DNA of 45,052 nt, from IMG/VR virus record IMGVR_UViG_3300024187_000011, positions 1-45,052 of that record; one strand, written 5' to 3'. Source of the DNA: a virus. Taxonomy: Duplodnaviria; Caudoviricetes. The notes below the pieces were generated by a model, which ran no database searches, had not been told where the DNA came from, and saw only the letters and a program-made list of their open reading frames with translations. The position numbers and the translations under genes are program-made. Below, in pieces: positions 44,083-45,052 of the stretch; position 1 is the first letter of the stretch; every line of letters begins with the position of its first letter.

Positions 44083-44498
44083 TTGCCCCTTTCGGCTGCG
44101 TACTGAGCACGCAGCGCCGCGATGATTTTCAAACGGTTCAATCCGTACTTCTTCCAGAATGCTTTGCCGATCTGGTGATCCAGTTCGTGATGATGCGCCC
44201 GGCATCCGGGTAGCGCTGTGTGGTCCGATGCCTTCTGAGATATCCCGTGCGGCCCGGTGTGCATCGCCTCGGAGTATATCTGCGGGAGCCTTCGCATTAT
44301 GAAAATGCCCTTGTTGCCTTCGCGCGCCCACAGCATGAACGCACTGCGCCAACACGCGATGCACGGCCACAGCCTGATCCATGCGAGATACTTCGGATCG
44401 CGCGCCGGTCCCGTTCGCAACACCGACGCGCGTTTCCGCTGCGGCTTGCCCCTGTTCGGCCGCAGAGCCGTAGGCTTACGCTTTGGTTTTTTCTGCAC
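44079..44498 (-). CDS. HNH-like Zn-binding nuclease (DUF968-like)
   Basis: RDPKYLAWIRLWPCIAC...EAMH...GISQKASDHTALPGCRAHHHE...FWKKYGL. Confidence 0.75.
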   Translation of the reverse strand: MQKKPKRKPTALRPNRGKPQRKRASVLRTGPARDPKYLAWIRLWPCIACWRSAFMLWAREGNKGIFIMRRLPQIYSEAMHTGPHGISQKASDHTALPGCRAHHHELDHQIGKAFWKKYGLNRLKIIAALRAQYAAERGK

Positions 44499-45052
44499 GT
44501 GCCTGCATTTCCTTCAAGGCTGAATAAAGCGCTCGAACTGCCAGAATCCAGTAAATAGTTTTGTCCTTCGCCTTGCCGGGTTCGCCGTGCTGTCGCACGA
44601 AGCTGGTCCAGGTGCGTTCGGACATCTCGGAGCCCATCAGTTCCTTGATCGCCATCATGAGATCGCCTGCGGTCGGCTCAGCTTCATTTGAGTCAGCAGC
44701 TATTTTCTTCAACAGTGCAGTTAGCTTTTCGTCGTCAGGCTCGGCTTGCCGCTGGTCAGCCTTGCTGCTCTCTTGCGCCATGCGCTGCTGCTGCACTTCT
44801 GCTTGCGCGACCGTCGGGCCGTCGTGCAAGTCTTCCAGGTCTTGCGTGAACGCGTCGCTGGCATTCGTCACGACCAGCACTGCGGCAACCAGTGCGCGCT
44901 TCTGCGAGATTTTCAGAACGGTGTTGACTTGATCGGCTACGTCTGGATTTGCAACGCGGTAGACCGTCGTGTCAATCTCCCAGCCGTCGTACTTTTTCGC
45001 GCCCATCTGACGATCGGTAATCTTAGTCGCTGTGCCGTCTTCGATTCGTCTC
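44476..45052 (-). CDS. C-terminal part of putative single-strand annealing protein (continuation of 1-554)
   Basis: NPDVADQVNTVLKISQKRALVAAVL...ASDAFTQDLED; frame is open to the window end. Confidence 0.7.
   Translation of the reverse strand, partial: RRIEDGTATKITDRQMGAKKYDGWEIDTTVYRVANPDVADQVNTVLKISQKRALVAAVLVVTNASDAFTQDLEDLHDGPTVAQAEVQQQRMAQESSKADQRQAEPDDEKLTALLKKIAADSNEAEPTAGDLMMAIKELMGSEMSERTWTSFVRQHGEPGKAKDKTIYWILAVRALYSALKEMQARAEKTKA
45040..45052. repeat. Terminal direct repeat (copy 2)
   Basis: Identical to positions 1-13. Confidence 0.9.

Noticed and set aside
1-45052. Integrase/att site, CRISPR array, tRNA, rRNA, DGR reverse transcriptase or IS element
   Set aside because: No recombinase, RT or transposase motifs, no regularly spaced repeats and no cloverleaf recognised by eye; a dedicated scan could still find a divergent one

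Overview
The window looks like an essentially complete (~45.0 kb, roughly 60% GC by eye) siphovirus genome. The first and last 13 nt are identical (TTCGATTCGTCTC) and one gene is split across the ends. Almost all genes are on the minus strand, in this order: recombination/early genes (SSAP-like, HNH-like, Gp157, ASCH, DUF5131, MerR, wHTH), ParB-glycosyltransferase fusion, terS, terL, an RRM plus glycosyltransferase/methyltransferase island, portal, protease, capsid, neck, tail, tape measure, tail-tip proteins, then a mosaic of small genes including a Tlde1-type peptidoglycan enzyme, a malectin protein and a 7-TM protein. I could not recognise an integrase, CI-type repressor, replication initiator, helicase, primase or polymerase. 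The DNA instead carries host-chromosome-type cis elements: an oriC-like cluster of about 10 DnaA-box-like 9-mers next to an AT-rich DnaA-trio-like tract (41.67-41.89 kb) and parS-like palindromes (26260, 38506). This suggests a phage replicated and possibly segregated by host DnaA/ParB as a mini-chromosome. A palindromic octamer RGATATCY occurs about 43 times by manual count, sits in several promoter spacers and is often encoded through the rare ATA codon, which points to a genome-wide operator or marker system. Several genes resemble Acidobacteriota proteins (inference). All family assignments are from motif recognition, not database searches.
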